Shown here: piece by piece, positions 11,763 to 22,011 of the stretch
Position numbering within the stretch: position 1 is the first letter of the stretch
Layout of the letters: each line of letters opens with the position of its first letter
Assembly: GCA_002708105.2 (NCBI GenBank)
Contig: PAOQ02000006.1
Location: 1 to 57,407, forward strand
DNA from: a bacterium
Lineage (GTDB): Bacteria; Desulfobacterota_D; UBA1144
Reading direction: 5' to 3'
DNA length: 57,407 nucleotides
Position numbers and translations under genes: made by a program
Notes under the pieces: generated by a model
Seen by the model: only the letters and a program-made list of their open reading frames with translations
Told to the model about the DNA's origin: nothing
Databases searched by the model: none

Positions 11763-12275
11763 CTATATTTTTCCTTTAATTTGTCCTACTAATTCTTTAA
11801 TTTTCTTTGTTAGTTCATTATCCCCTTTATTGATTTCCTCTATAGATAAATCTGCAATTTTTAAATACATTTCAGAATCCAGCTTCTGCCTTGCATTTTC
11901 AATTTCAATTAGTGATTCTTCTTTTGCTTTTTTTATTAAATCTTCAGCTTGTTTTTTTGCTTCAACTATTTTCTCATTTGAGGAAACTTCAATTTCTTTT
12001 TTAAAATCAGATATTCTTTTTTTGTAATCTTCCTCAATTTCAATGGCTTGCTGATCCATACTCTTTGCTCTTTCAATCCTAACAGAAGTTTCTACATCTC
12101 TATTTTCTTTTAAATCTAACAAAGGCTGAAACAGAAACTTATTTAAAAAAAGTATTATAAATACATATATGGCAAGTTCTATAAAAAAGGTATTGTCGAC
12201 TGCCAAAACATTAGAAGAATCTGCAGAATTTGCATTTAATGAAAACAAAAATAGTAATAATAAAACTTTTTTCAT
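11763..12275 (-). CDS. Fo ATP synthase subunit b' (second b-type stalk subunit)
   Basis: TM helix (ELAIYVFIILFLNKFLFQPL) followed by a charged coiled-coil, immediately upstream of atpF. It has an extra signal-peptide-like N-terminus, MKKVLLLLFLFSLNANSA. Confidence 0.7.
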   Translation of the reverse strand: MKKVLLLLFLFSLNANSADSSNVLAVDNTFFIELAIYVFIILFLNKFLFQPLLDLKENRDVETSVRIERAKSMDQQAIEIEEDYKKRISDFKKEIEVSSNEKIVEAKKQAEDLIKKAKEESLIEIENARQKLDSEMYLKIADLSIEEINKGDNELTKKIKELVGQIKGKI

Positions 12276-12277
12276 TT

Positions 12278-13516
12278 TTAATCTCTAAAGAAACGATAAA
12301 GAAGAGGAGGAGCAATAAAAGTGGTCAACATAACCATGACCGTAAGGGCTGAATAATCACTACTGCTTAATACCCCTGTAGCAAGCCCCATTGATGCGAA
12401 AATTAACCCAACCTCACCTCTCGGTATCATTCCAATTCCTATCACTAGCTTATTGGCTCTTAAAGAAAAAGCTCCCAAGCCACAAATCAATTTACCTATT
12501 ACAGCAATTATAAATAAAACTAAAGCTAAGATTATAACCGCAATATTTTCTTTTATAAAGGGATTGAAAACAGAAATATCAACGGCAGATCCAACCATTA
12601 TAAAAAATATAGGAATAAAGACATCTGCTACTGGTTTCAATCTATCTTCAATTAAATCTTTTTGATGCGTTTTTGCTAATAAAAGACCAGCTGCAAAAGC
12701 TCCAATTATTGGCGCCAACCCTGCAATTTGCGCTAAATAAGCAAAGATGAATGTATATGCAAGTGCACCAAGTAGTAAACTTCCTCGTGCTTTAAGGCTA
12801 TGAACAAAAACAAATAGTCTAGATGTAAATAAATTCCCTAAAATAATCGACACAAAAAGAAATCCAACTGCTTTACCTGAAATAATCCCCACAGTAACAA
12901 GGTCTATTGTAGCCTCTCCCCCCGAATTAGTAGTAGTAATTAATGCACTTACAACTGCCAAAATAATTAGCCCCATAACATCATCTATAACAGCTGCGCC
13001 TAAGATTATTTTCGATTCTAAACTTTTAAGCTTCTTTAGTTCAGAAAGAACTCTAGCAGTAATACCAACACTAGTTGCAGTCAATGTAGCACCTATTGTT
13101 AAAGCTGCTAAGAAAAGAGTTGTCTCAGAAGTGAAGCTAATTAAAGAATAGTCGCTCAAAATAAAAACTGAATAAAAACCTAAGAAAAATGGGACAACTA
13201 CTCCAAGAATTGCAACTAAAAGAGAAGGAACTCCTACATTTAGTAAGTCATTTAAATCAGTTTCTAATCCTATCTCAAACAATAGAATTGCAACGCCAAC
13301 CTCAGCTAACAAATGAAGTATCTGGTAACCTGGCTCTCCTAATACAGGAATCAAAGCCAAAGAGCCCAATAAGACCCCGGCGATTAGCTCGCCGAGCACC
13401 TCTGGCTGCTTAAATCTTACAAATATTGAACTTAATACTTTCCCTACTATGAAAATACTAGCTAATGCAAGGAAAAAGCTGCCTAAAGAGTAATTATTTG
13501 GATCATCTAATGTCAT
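12278..13516 (-). CDS. Cation:proton antiporter (CPA2 / Na+/H+-exchanger family membrane domain, no KTN domain)
   Basis: 412 aa and polytopic. N-terminal KQPEVLGELIAGVLLG motif and overall KefB/NapA-like membrane-domain pattern. Its stop is 2 nt before the atpF' ATG. Confidence 0.8.
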   Translation of the reverse strand: MTLDDPNNYSLGSFFLALASIFIVGKVLSSIFVRFKQPEVLGELIAGVLLGSLALIPVLGEPGYQILHLLAEVGVAILLFEIGLETDLNDLLNVGVPSLLVAILGVVVPFFLGFYSVFILSDYSLISFTSETTLFLAALTIGATLTATSVGITARVLSELKKLKSLESKIILGAAVIDDVMGLIILAVVSALITTTNSGGEATIDLVTVGIISGKAVGFLFVSIILGNLFTSRLFVFVHSLKARGSLLLGALAYTFIFAYLAQIAGLAPIIGAFAAGLLLAKTHQKDLIEDRLKPVADVFIPIFFIMVGSAVDISVFNPFIKENIAVIILALVLFIIAVIGKLICGLGAFSLRANKLVIGIGMIPRGEVGLIFASMGLATGVLSSSDYSALTVMVMLTTFIAPPLLYRFFRD

Positions 13517-13626
13517 TACTTGTCTCTAAAACGACTTAAGTTTCACATGAAAAAAAGTCATAGTCAAACCTTAAACTATGGAGAGTAAATCTATAATAGT
13601 TTATTATAAAAAAATAAAGAGTTACA

Positions 13627-15369
13627 ATGCCAAGTAAAAAAATTCGCTTAACTATATCAGATTTGTGGACTAACCAATATACCTATTTTATTTTGGTTGG
13701 ATTTATAGTTGGGATTTGTGCAGGCTTCTCTAATGTTATATTCCATTTCTTATATCAAACTGTTCATTTATTATTTATATCACCATTAGAATCAAAAAAC
13801 ATGGTCATCTTTGGTACTATTGTAGGTGGACTGATTCTTTTCTTCATTTCCTATCTTTCAGGTAAAGAAGACATACTGGGATATAAATTTCATAACTTTA
13901 TTCATACAATTTCTAGAGGTTCTGGAGTTATAAGCATTAAAGAAACAATATTAAAAAGTTTTTCTCAAATTGTATCTCTGGGTTTTGGTGGGTCAGTTGG
14001 TCAAGAAGGTCCCATGGCTCAATTGGGAGGATCAATAGGAAGTATAGTTGGACAAAGAATAAGAATTAAAAAGAGTGATTTAAAAATCTTCATTGCTTGT
14101 GGTATAGCAGGCGCCATCGCGGCTACTTTTAACGCTCCGATAACTGGAGTTCTTTTCGTAGAAGAAGTCGCCCTACTTAGGAACATTAAAATCAGAAGTT
14201 TCTTACCTGTTGTCATTTCGGCTGCGACAGCAACTGTAGTCGCAGGATTCTTTAGTTCTGATCAAAACATATTTAACAGAGTCGATTTTCTTTTGTTTAG
14301 CTATAATGAATTATTTGTATATGCACTTATGGGAGTATCAATAGGTTTTGCATCCTCGTTCTTTACTAAATTTCATTTTATCGTTGAGAAAAAATTTGAT
14401 GATTTAATTCCAAATATGAAAATAAGACCTATTATTGGCGGTGCTATATTAGGAATTTTAGCTCTAATTCCCTTTGGAATAGGTCTTGATGTTTTAGGTA
14501 ATGGTTATGAAGCGATTAGAAAAGCTATGACATATGAATATTCATTATGGATAGCAATAGGAATTTTACTTCTTAAACCCTTGGCAACCTCTATAACTTT
14601 AAACAGCGGGTGGCCTGGCGGGATATTTGCTCCCTCAATCTTTATGGGTGCAATTTGTGGCTATCTTTTTGGTTTTGCAGTTGAATCAATATTTTATCCT
14701 CAATTAATTCCTGGAGAATTAACAACTTCATATTCGATTGTTGGCATGGGAACCTTCCTTGCCGCAATGACCCAAGCACCTTTAACCTCAATTTTCTTTA
14801 CTTTTGAATTAACTCAAACATATCAAGCAGTACTTCCTGTAATGATAAGCTCAGTTATTGGAACTTCAATTTATAGACTAATGATTGGAAGGTCATTTGA
14901 AGCTTGTTATTTAAAGAAAGAAAATTTAGAGATCATACAAAATGAGGAATCAAACATATTAAGCAATATGAAAGTAAACGAGATAATGAGAAAAGATGTT
15001 GTAACAATTCCTGAAAAAATGACTTTAGGAAAATTTATAGAATTTCTTCCATCTACTCACTTAACAACATTCCCTCTTATTGATCAGGATGACAATTTGT
15101 CTGGAATAATTTCTGTTCAAGACTATAGGGGATGGGTACTAGAAGATGAACTAAGGGACGTAGTTATAATGAAAGACCTCGCTTCAACAAATGTGAACAC
15201 TGTTACACCAGATGAATCTATGCTTGAAGTATTAAAGCATTGGGACAAAGGTGATATGCTTCCAGTTGTTTCAAGAACTGGCTCTAAAAAGATAATTGGT
15301 ATTTTAGCGAGAAGGGATGCATTGATCGCCTACAACAAAGCTCTAACTGAAGAAGCATCCGAACTATAG
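13627..15369 (+). CDS. ClC-family chloride channel/antiporter with a C-terminal CBS pair
   Basis: ClC selectivity motifs GGSVGQEGP and GGIFAPS. The C-terminal ~130 aa carry two CBS-like repeats (VNEIMRKDVVTI..., VIMKDLASTNVNTV...). Confidence 0.9.
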   Translation: MPSKKIRLTISDLWTNQYTYFILVGFIVGICAGFSNVIFHFLYQTVHLLFISPLESKNMVIFGTIVGGLILFFISYLSGKEDILGYKFHNFIHTISRGSGVISIKETILKSFSQIVSLGFGGSVGQEGPMAQLGGSIGSIVGQRIRIKKSDLKIFIACGIAGAIAATFNAPITGVLFVEEVALLRNIKIRSFLPVVISAATATVVAGFFSSDQNIFNRVDFLLFSYNELFVYALMGVSIGFASSFFTKFHFIVEKKFDDLIPNMKIRPIIGGAILGILALIPFGIGLDVLGNGYEAIRKAMTYEYSLWIAIGILLLKPLATSITLNSGWPGGIFAPSIFMGAICGYLFGFAVESIFYPQLIPGELTTSYSIVGMGTFLAAMTQAPLTSIFFTFELTQTYQAVLPVMISSVIGTSIYRLMIGRSFEACYLKKENLEIIQNEESNILSNMKVNEIMRKDVVTIPEKMTLGKFIEFLPSTHLTTFPLIDQDDNLSGIISVQDYRGWVLEDELRDVVIMKDLASTNVNTVTPDESMLEVLKHWDKGDMLPVVSRTGSKKIIGILARRDALIAYNKALTEEASEL

Positions 15370-16583
15370 TTCTTTTTTACTAAGTACTCTATTTCATAGC
15401 CGGTTGCTAAGGTTCCTATTTTAGAAATCACTTCAAGAGAAGGATGGAGGTAATTATTGCAATTGATACTTTTGCACTCATTATTTTCTTTACTAGTACA
15501 CAGACATTTAAAGTACATTCCACGTGTATTCAAATTTTGGTGAGGACTCTTTGAATCATTAACTCTATAAAAACCACCAGCAACCTGAGAATTAATTAGA
15601 TAATAAACCGGCTCTTTATTTTTATAAATTGTCTCAACACCTTCTTGAAGAATGACATTCTTCAAATAACTGCCACCTTTTGAAACCTTCATCTTCTTTC
15701 TACCATCCCTATTAAGAGATAAAAATTCATCACCTTTCTGAACTTGCATTACAGCCATGCCGTAAGTTCCAGTATTATTCTTAACAAAGACTAAAGGATT
15801 AGGAGTATTATAATGCCTAACAAGGTCCCTGATCATTTGATTAGTTAAATCCGCTAACCTTTCCCTATCTTCTAATATATCAAAATTAATATCCTCAACA
15901 AGCTTAGTTGATAGAGAAAATATTGAAGAATCTATAGAGAGCATTTCAGCAAACTCTACAACAAGTTTATTATAAAATTCAAAGTGTATATTTTTTTTTC
16001 TAGCATGCCACCCAACTTCCGTTGGTGGAACAACCAACTGATCGAGGCCTTCTAATATTGCAGGTGAATAATCAGATAGATCATTATTAATTAAAATTAA
16101 GTCTGGCTCAAAATCCTTGATAAATATTTTATTATCAATTCTCTCAATCTTGCTTGCTAAGACTTGATTATTATCTGAGGCATAAAATTCATATTCTCCA
16201 AAATCAGACTCATATAAGCCGACCCTAACACTTAAACCTGCTTTTTCTAAGATCTTAATCAGCGACAATATATTATCCCAATAAAAATTGTTTCTAGTGT
16301 GAAATTCTGGAACTATCAAAACGTTTTTTATAATATTATCGTGAAATTTTCTCTTATATTCCTTAATTAAATCTGAAGCACTATTGATAAAAAAATTTGA
16401 AAGATTATTGAACCCACCTGGAAAAATATTTGTATCAACTGCAGCTATTTTATTTTCTGAGACTCTTAAATCAACGGAAGTGTAAAAGGGTATTTTTACT
16501 TCATCTTCCTTTTCTTTAAACCAGTTTGAGATTAAATCCTGATTTAATAAAACTAAATCATCTATTTTTTTTAAAAGTTTCAT
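15330..16583 (-). CDS. Putative glutamate--cysteine ligase of the rare ~400-aa bacterial GshA family (tentative)
   Basis: 417 aa. My recollection of that family matches (AVDTNIFPGGFNNL near the N-terminus, an ATP-grasp-like core). The assignment is from memory only, not from a search. Confidence 0.4.
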   Translation of the reverse strand: MKLLKKIDDLVLLNQDLISNWFKEKEDEVKIPFYTSVDLRVSENKIAAVDTNIFPGGFNNLSNFFINSASDLIKEYKRKFHDNIIKNVLIVPEFHTRNNFYWDNILSLIKILEKAGLSVRVGLYESDFGEYEFYASDNNQVLASKIERIDNKIFIKDFEPDLILINNDLSDYSPAILEGLDQLVVPPTEVGWHARKKNIHFEFYNKLVVEFAEMLSIDSSIFSLSTKLVEDINFDILEDRERLADLTNQMIRDLVRHYNTPNPLVFVKNNTGTYGMAVMQVQKGDEFLSLNRDGRKKMKVSKGGSYLKNVILQEGVETIYKNKEPVYYLINSQVAGGFYRVNDSKSPHQNLNTRGMYFKCLCTSKENNECKSINCNNYLHPSLEVISKIGTLATGYEIEYLVKKNYSSDASSVRALL

Positions 16584-16634
16584 GTTTTCATATTACCATT
16601 GATTAAAAGAAAAATTACTAGTTAAAAATTATCC

Positions 16635-17496
16635 TTAATTCTGAATAAATGCATCAATTGCTTGTTTAATTTTCTTATAATCAGCACCTGGAACAATATG
16701 GCCTTCAATAACAAACGTAGGCGTTGAACGAACACCAATATTAACACCTTCTTCAATACTAGATTCAACAAACTTTTTATATTTATCCCCAGCATTAAGA
16801 CAAGATGTAAAATTAAAATCTACGGATGAAAAAATATCTTTAATAATTGAATTAAATCCTTCTTCATTAAAATCTTCCTGATTTTCAAAAATTAAATCAT
16901 GAGATTCCCAAAATTTTTTTTTCACCAAAAGTATCGTTAACGCAAGAGGTAAAGTAGGCTGCGTCATCAGCCCATTTATGAAAACTTAATGGATAATGCT
17001 TGTAATAAAAGGAAATCTTATCTCCATATTCATTCTTTAATTTCTTCACTTGTTCTGCACCAAATTTACAAGCAGGGCACTGAAAATCTGAGTATTCGAC
17101 AATCCTGATACTTCCCTCGTTCCCGCCCAATCTTGGAATCCCTTTGAGGTTCAGCGAATTCATCAAATCAATATTCTTTGTTGGACCAGCAAAATCATAT
17201 ATTTGAGGTTGAAAAATTATATATCTACCATCATTTGATATAAAAAAAGTTAGCTGTTGTGTTTCATTCAATGTTTTAAAAAGTATTACGCCTTCTTTTA
17301 GTCCTTTAATTGGTGAATCCTTAATTGTACTTATTGAAACCAAGGAATCATCCGGTATTACGGCTGAAAACTTATCTTTAAAATCTTTAAGAATTTTATT
17401 TTTGTCTAACTTAATTTCCTTTTCAACTCCAGAATTAAAACTGTCACAAGAAACAACAAAGAATAAAATAAAGAATATCTGAAAAAATTTTTTCAT
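16635..17496 (-). pseudogene. DsbA-like thiol:disulfide oxidoreductase lipoprotein; reading frame interrupted at an A9 run (frameshift, slippage site or sequencing error)
   Basis: ORF 16897..17496 carries a lipobox (FVVSC) and the thioredoxin active site FQCPAC, and ends ...TFGEKKILGIS*. ORF 16635..16967 continues the same fold from ...KKFWESHDLIFENQ... to RSTPTFVIEG. The frames meet at T9 on + (16914..16922). Confidence 0.7.
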
Positions 17497-18785
17497 TTTA
17501 CTACTCTTGAAAGTATAGCCTTTGCATTACGGTAAAGACTATCAAATGAGAAACAATCTTCTAACTCTTTTTTAGTAAGAAGCTTCAATACCTTAGAATT
17601 TGATAACAATAAATCTCTAAAATTCTTATCGTTATTCCATGCTTGAAAAGCTAGGTCTTGAACTATCTTATATGACTCTTCTCTGGATAGTCCCTTATTT
17701 ACCAACTTAACCAAGATATTTTGCGAGAAAATAACACCGTTAGTTTTCCATATGTTAGACAACATATTCTTTTTATAAATATTAAGATTTGCTAGCATAA
17801 AATTTGCTCTAGTTAACATAAAATGTATTAATGTTGATGAATCTGGTCCGATTACCCTTTCAACTGATGAATGACTTATATCTCTTTCATGCCATAGGGG
17901 AATATTTTCGAAAGAAGCTGATGTATTTGATCTAACTATTCTAGCTAATCCTGATAAATTTTCTGATAAAATTGGGTTTCTTTTATGAGGCATTGCTGAG
18001 GATCCTTTTTGACCTTTTGAAAAAGGTTCTTCTACCTCTAAAACTTCAGTTCTTTGCATATGCCTAATCTGAATCGAAATCCTCTCAATTGATGACGCTA
18101 TAAAAGATAAGGCAGTAAAATACTCTGCATGATAATCACGATTAATAATTTGACTACTGATCTTGGCTGGCTTTAATTTTAATATAGAACACGCTTTTGC
18201 CTCGATTTTAGGAAGCACATTTGAATAAGTTCCAACGGCACCTGACATTTTACCTACACTACAAACTTTAATAGCCTTCTCGAGTCTTTCCTTAGCTCGC
18301 TTCATTTCATCCAGCCAATTTGCTACAACTAACCCAAATGTAGTCACCTCTGCATGTATTCCATGTGACCTTCCCATAATAGGAGTCTCTATATGTTTCT
18401 TTGCGAGCGAGGTGAGGACTTTTATATTTTTGTTTAGCTCCTTCTTTATTAAATTCCCTGAATCAACTATCAAAAGAGACAATGAAGTATCTAAAACATC
18501 AGACGAAGTTAACCCCAAATGAACAAACCTTGAATCTTCTCCAATAGATTTAGCAAGGTTTGTAGTAAAAGCAATGACATCATGCTTTATAACTTTTTCA
18601 AGTTTATCAATCTGTTTTGAATCAAATTTAGCTCTTTTCTTAATCCTTACAAAAGAGGCTTTTGGAATGTATCCGTAATGCGACCAAGCCTCACATACTG
18701 CAAGTTCTACATCTAGCCATTTCTGATATTTGTTATCATCAGACCAAAGATTTTGCATTTCAACTGTGCTATATCTGTTTATCAT
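17493..18785 (-). CDS. purB: Adenylosuccinate lyase
   Basis: Fumarate-lyase signature GSSAMPHKRNP. 430 aa with a PurB-type N-terminus (RYSTVEMQNLWSDDNKY). Confidence 0.95.
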   Translation of the reverse strand: MINRYSTVEMQNLWSDDNKYQKWLDVELAVCEAWSHYGYIPKASFVRIKKRAKFDSKQIDKLEKVIKHDVIAFTTNLAKSIGEDSRFVHLGLTSSDVLDTSLSLLIVDSGNLIKKELNKNIKVLTSLAKKHIETPIMGRSHGIHAEVTTFGLVVANWLDEMKRAKERLEKAIKVCSVGKMSGAVGTYSNVLPKIEAKACSILKLKPAKISSQIINRDYHAEYFTALSFIASSIERISIQIRHMQRTEVLEVEEPFSKGQKGSSAMPHKRNPILSENLSGLARIVRSNTSASFENIPLWHERDISHSSVERVIGPDSSTLIHFMLTRANFMLANLNIYKKNMLSNIWKTNGVIFSQNILVKLVNKGLSREESYKIVQDLAFQAWNNDKNFRDLLLSNSKVLKLLTKKELEDCFSFDSLYRNAKAILSRVVK

Positions 18786-18866
18786 GTGGATGTGTAAATA
18801 TTATACACGGATTTATAATGTCTTTCATAAACTTGTTTATTAACTACTATTCATTATAATTTTTAG

Positions 18867-19865
18867 ATGAGTCCATTAAGAATAATATTTTCAATTCTAA
18901 GTTCTATAGCAGGATTTTGGATAACTTTAGGTAATTTAAAAACTGCTGGAAACTTAATTTTGCCATATTCGGTTGGGATTGGAATTTTTTGTGGTCTACT
19001 AACTTTCTTTTTTGTTTATTATTCTGAAAAACTTTTTACAGATTTAAGTGCCAAAGCGCTTATAGGCGCAACTATTGGCACGGCTGCTGCTTTATTATTC
19101 TTTTTAACTTTTGCATATTTCTCAGAAATAATTGGGTTAAGTAGTAGGTACCCTTTTTATACTTATCCGATCGTTTTCCTATCTGTACTTTGCTTAGGGA
19201 TTGCTGTTGGACTCAAAAAAGGGGGTGCATCTGATGATGGAAACGAAAAACAAAGTGAATTCTTCCATAGCAAAGTTCTTGATACTAGCGCTATTATAGA
19301 TGGAAGGATTTCTGATATCTCAAAAGCTGGCTTTATTGAAGGAAGTATTATTGTTCCGCAATTTGTAATAAGAGAATTACAGTGGATTGCTGATTCTAAC
19401 GACAGCCTCAAAAAAGTTCGAGGTCGAAGAGGACTTGAAATTTTAAAATCATTGCAGGAACAGAAAGATGTAAAAGTAGAAATATTTGATAGAGATTTTA
19501 CGAAAATAAAAGAAGTAGATCTTAAGCTTGTTAGGCTTGCAAAAGAACTCTCTGCCCATTTAGTAACTAACGACTTTAATCTTACTAAAGTTGCAAATCT
19601 CCAGGGCGTTAGAGTTTTGAACGTCAATCAATTAGCAAACTCGCTAAGGCCTGTAATATTGCCAGGTGAAAAAATGAAAATAAAAGTTTCAAAATCTGGT
19701 AAAGACGAAAAGCAGGGTGTTGGATATTTAGATGATGGAACAATGGTAGTAATAGATAACGGGAAAAAACATATAAGTGAATTTGTTGATATTATAATCA
19801 CTAGTGTTATCCAAACACCTACTGGGAGAATGATTTTTTCCAAAGTAGGCGAGTTGCATGACTAA
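18867..19865 (+). CDS. Membrane-anchored PIN + TRAM domain protein (YacL-like)
   Basis: Four N-terminal TM helices, a PIN-like core (VLDTSAIIDGRI...LVTNDFNL) and a C-terminal TRAM-like beta domain. It sits directly upstream of ispD-ispF, as yacL does in Bacillus. Confidence 0.75.
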   Translation: MSPLRIIFSILSSIAGFWITLGNLKTAGNLILPYSVGIGIFCGLLTFFFVYYSEKLFTDLSAKALIGATIGTAAALLFFLTFAYFSEIIGLSSRYPFYTYPIVFLSVLCLGIAVGLKKGGASDDGNEKQSEFFHSKVLDTSAIIDGRISDISKAGFIEGSIIVPQFVIRELQWIADSNDSLKKVRGRRGLEILKSLQEQKDVKVEIFDRDFTKIKEVDLKLVRLAKELSAHLVTNDFNLTKVANLQGVRVLNVNQLANSLRPVILPGEKMKIKVSKSGKDEKQGVGYLDDGTMVVIDNGKKHISEFVDIIITSVIQTPTGRMIFSKVGELHD

Positions 19866-19889
19866 ATCATCCAGCTAAGATTTATTAAT

Positions 19890-20576
19890 ATGATATCCCC
19901 TAGTTTATCCTTTATCGTAACAGCTGCTGGAGAAGGAAGCAGGTTTGGGGTTGGTCAACCAAAGCAATTCAAAAAGATAAATAAAATTCCAATATATATA
20001 TATTCCCTACTTTCAATAAATAAAATTAATATCAAAAGTGAAGTTTTTTTGACTATCAATAAAAAGATTAAAATAGAAAAGATTGAGAAAGAATTGAAAA
20101 CTTATGGTCTGAGTAAAGTTAATGTTATTCATGGCGGAGCTACTAGGGCCAATAGTGTCTATAAGGCCTTTACAGAAATAAAAAATAAAAAGGGGTATGT
20201 AGTTATTCATGATTCTGTACGGCCTAATTTTGATTTTAGAAATCTTAATGGGATCATAGAAAAAAATAAAAAATTTGATGGAATTATTATTGCTTCAAAG
20301 ATTCATGATACTGTAAAAAGAGAAACAAGATCAATTGTAAAGGAAACATTAACAAGAGATGAGTTATGGTTAGCAGAAACTCCTCAAATATTTAAATATT
20401 CCATTTTAAATAAATGCTACTCTAACAACCTGATAAATGACTCTTATACGGATGAATCGCAATTATTAGAGAAAAAAGGTTACAAAATTAAACTATACGA
20501 AAATATAGAATATAATAATAAAATAACTACAAAAAAGGATTTGATTATATATAAGAAATTGTTAAGCGATGTATAG
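19890..20576 (+). CDS. ispD: 2-C-methyl-D-erythritol 4-phosphate cytidylyltransferase
   Basis: IVTAAGEGSRFG N-terminal motif, ...VIHDSVRP..., ETPQIF. 228 aa. Confidence 0.9.
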   Translation: MISPSLSFIVTAAGEGSRFGVGQPKQFKKINKIPIYIYSLLSINKINIKSEVFLTINKKIKIEKIEKELKTYGLSKVNVIHGGATRANSVYKAFTEIKNKKGYVVIHDSVRPNFDFRNLNGIIEKNKKFDGIIIASKIHDTVKRETRSIVKETLTRDELWLAETPQIFKYSILNKCYSNNLINDSYTDESQLLEKKGYKIKLYENIEYNNKITTKKDLIIYKKLLSDV

Positions 20577-21054
20577 AGTAGGATTAGGCTTTGATGTTCA
20601 CAAAACATCTGAAAAAAAAAGACTATTTATTGGAGGAGTTAGAATTCCATCTAAACTTGGTTTAGTTGGACATTCTGATGCTGACGTATTAATCCATTCA
20701 ATTTGTGATGCTATATTAGGAGCCCTTGCCCTAGGTGATATTGGTGATCATTTTAGTGATAAAGATCAGAAAAATAAGAATAAAAAAAGTACTATTTTTC
20801 TGAAAAAAATAATGTCGCTGATGAAAAAAGAAGGATATAAAATAGTCAATGTAGACTCAACAGTTATTTGTGAAAAACCTAGAATATCTAAATATAAGAT
20901 GAAAATTAAGGATACATTAAGTCCGATTCTGAAAATCAACAATAAAGATCTATCTATAAAAGCTACCACCTTTGAAGGCTTAGGGCCTATAGGAAATAAT
21001 GAAGGGATTGCTTGCAAAACAATTGTAATGTTAGAAAAGATCAAAAAGAAGTAA
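20569..21054 (+). CDS. ispF: 2-C-methyl-D-erythritol 2,4-cyclodiphosphate synthase
   Basis: GLGFDVH...GHSDADVLIHSICDAILGA...GDIG are IspF hallmarks. 8-nt overlap with ispD. Confidence 0.95.
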   Translation: MYRVGLGFDVHKTSEKKRLFIGGVRIPSKLGLVGHSDADVLIHSICDAILGALALGDIGDHFSDKDQKNKNKKSTIFLKKIMSLMKKEGYKIVNVDSTVICEKPRISKYKMKIKDTLSPILKINNKDLSIKATTFEGLGPIGNNEGIACKTIVMLEKIKKK

Positions 21055-21061
21055 CCATAAA

Positions 21062-21940
21062 ATGTTTTTTGAAACTGCAAAAAAAAGCTTCCTAGGGATT
21101 AATAATAAAAAAGATCTAGGATCTAAAGTTGTTGTTGTACCATTTGGTTTGGAAAACACTGTAACTTATGGAAGAGGAACCAAAAAAGGACCTAGAGAAA
21201 TTATTAAAGCTTCTCATCAAATAGAACTATTTGATGAAGACTTGGGGTATGAAATATCGGATAAAACCTCGATTGAAACTCTAAAAATTAAGCCTATAAA
21301 TAAGAATACGCCACAAGCTCTATCAGAGCTAGAAAATATAACTTTAAATATAATAAAAGATAAAAAATTTCCGTTAATACTTGGAGGAGAACATACCTTA
21401 ACACTAGGAGCTATATCAGCTTTAAACAAATCGAACAAACCCATTACTATAATTCAATTTGATGCTCATACAGACTTAAGGAATTCATATCAATCTAAGA
21501 AATATTCTCATGCTTGTGTGATGAGAAGGTGTTTGGATTTGAAAAATACTAACCTTATTTCAATTGGAATAAGAAGTACCACTAAAGATGAAATGAGTTT
21601 TATTAAAAAAAATAATTCCCGAGTTCATATATTCTTTGCTAAAGATAAAAAAGAATGGGATTTAAAAAGAATTGAAAAGCTAGTGAGAAACAAGAATGTA
21701 TATATAACCTTCGATGTAGATGCCTTCGACCCTAGCTTGGTACCTGCAACTGGTACACCAGAGCCTGGAGGATTATATTGGGATGAAACTATTAATCTTT
21801 TAAAAATAATTACATCAAGCTCAAATATAATAGGGTCCGATATAAATGAGCTAGCACCAATTCAAAATCATAATGCAAGTAATTTCATCGTAGCCAAATT
21901 AGCTTACAAACTAATTGGCTTAGTGTTCAATAGAAAATAA
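21062..21940 (+). CDS. speB: Agmatinase (arginase/ureohydrolase family)
   Basis: Mn-binding motifs GGEHT, QFDAHTDLR, FDVDAFDP and the TGTPEPGG loop. 292 aa. Confidence 0.85.
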   Translation: MFFETAKKSFLGINNKKDLGSKVVVVPFGLENTVTYGRGTKKGPREIIKASHQIELFDEDLGYEISDKTSIETLKIKPINKNTPQALSELENITLNIIKDKKFPLILGGEHTLTLGAISALNKSNKPITIIQFDAHTDLRNSYQSKKYSHACVMRRCLDLKNTNLISIGIRSTTKDEMSFIKKNNSRVHIFFAKDKKEWDLKRIEKLVRNKNVYITFDVDAFDPSLVPATGTPEPGGLYWDETINLLKIITSSSNIIGSDINELAPIQNHNASNFIVAKLAYKLIGLVFNRK

Positions 21941-22011
21941 GGTATTAAATACCAATAATTTCTTCTTAGTGTATATTTAATGTTATAAAAAAAAATAAGT
22001 GAGGTGCTATA

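Noticed and set aside
13547-13588. Tiny ORF (MKKSHSQTLNYGE) in the antiporter/ClC divergent spacer, considered as a possible leader peptide.
   Set aside because: It has no RBS, no associated attenuator structure and no regulatory codon pattern. ORFs this short occur by chance.
19163-19627. Long antisense ORFs inside well-supported genes: 154 aa opposite yacL here. Others are 23045..23476 opposite ilvD, 36661..37053 opposite the SDR gene, 20766..21080 opposite ispF, and 24696..24995 opposite coaBC.
   Set aside because: Their translations are Ser/Leu/Phe-rich mirror images of Lys/Glu-rich sense codons. They have no RBS or recognisable motif, and each is fully nested in a gene with strong family signatures. 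They are somewhat long for such AT-rich DNA, but there is no positive evidence of coding.
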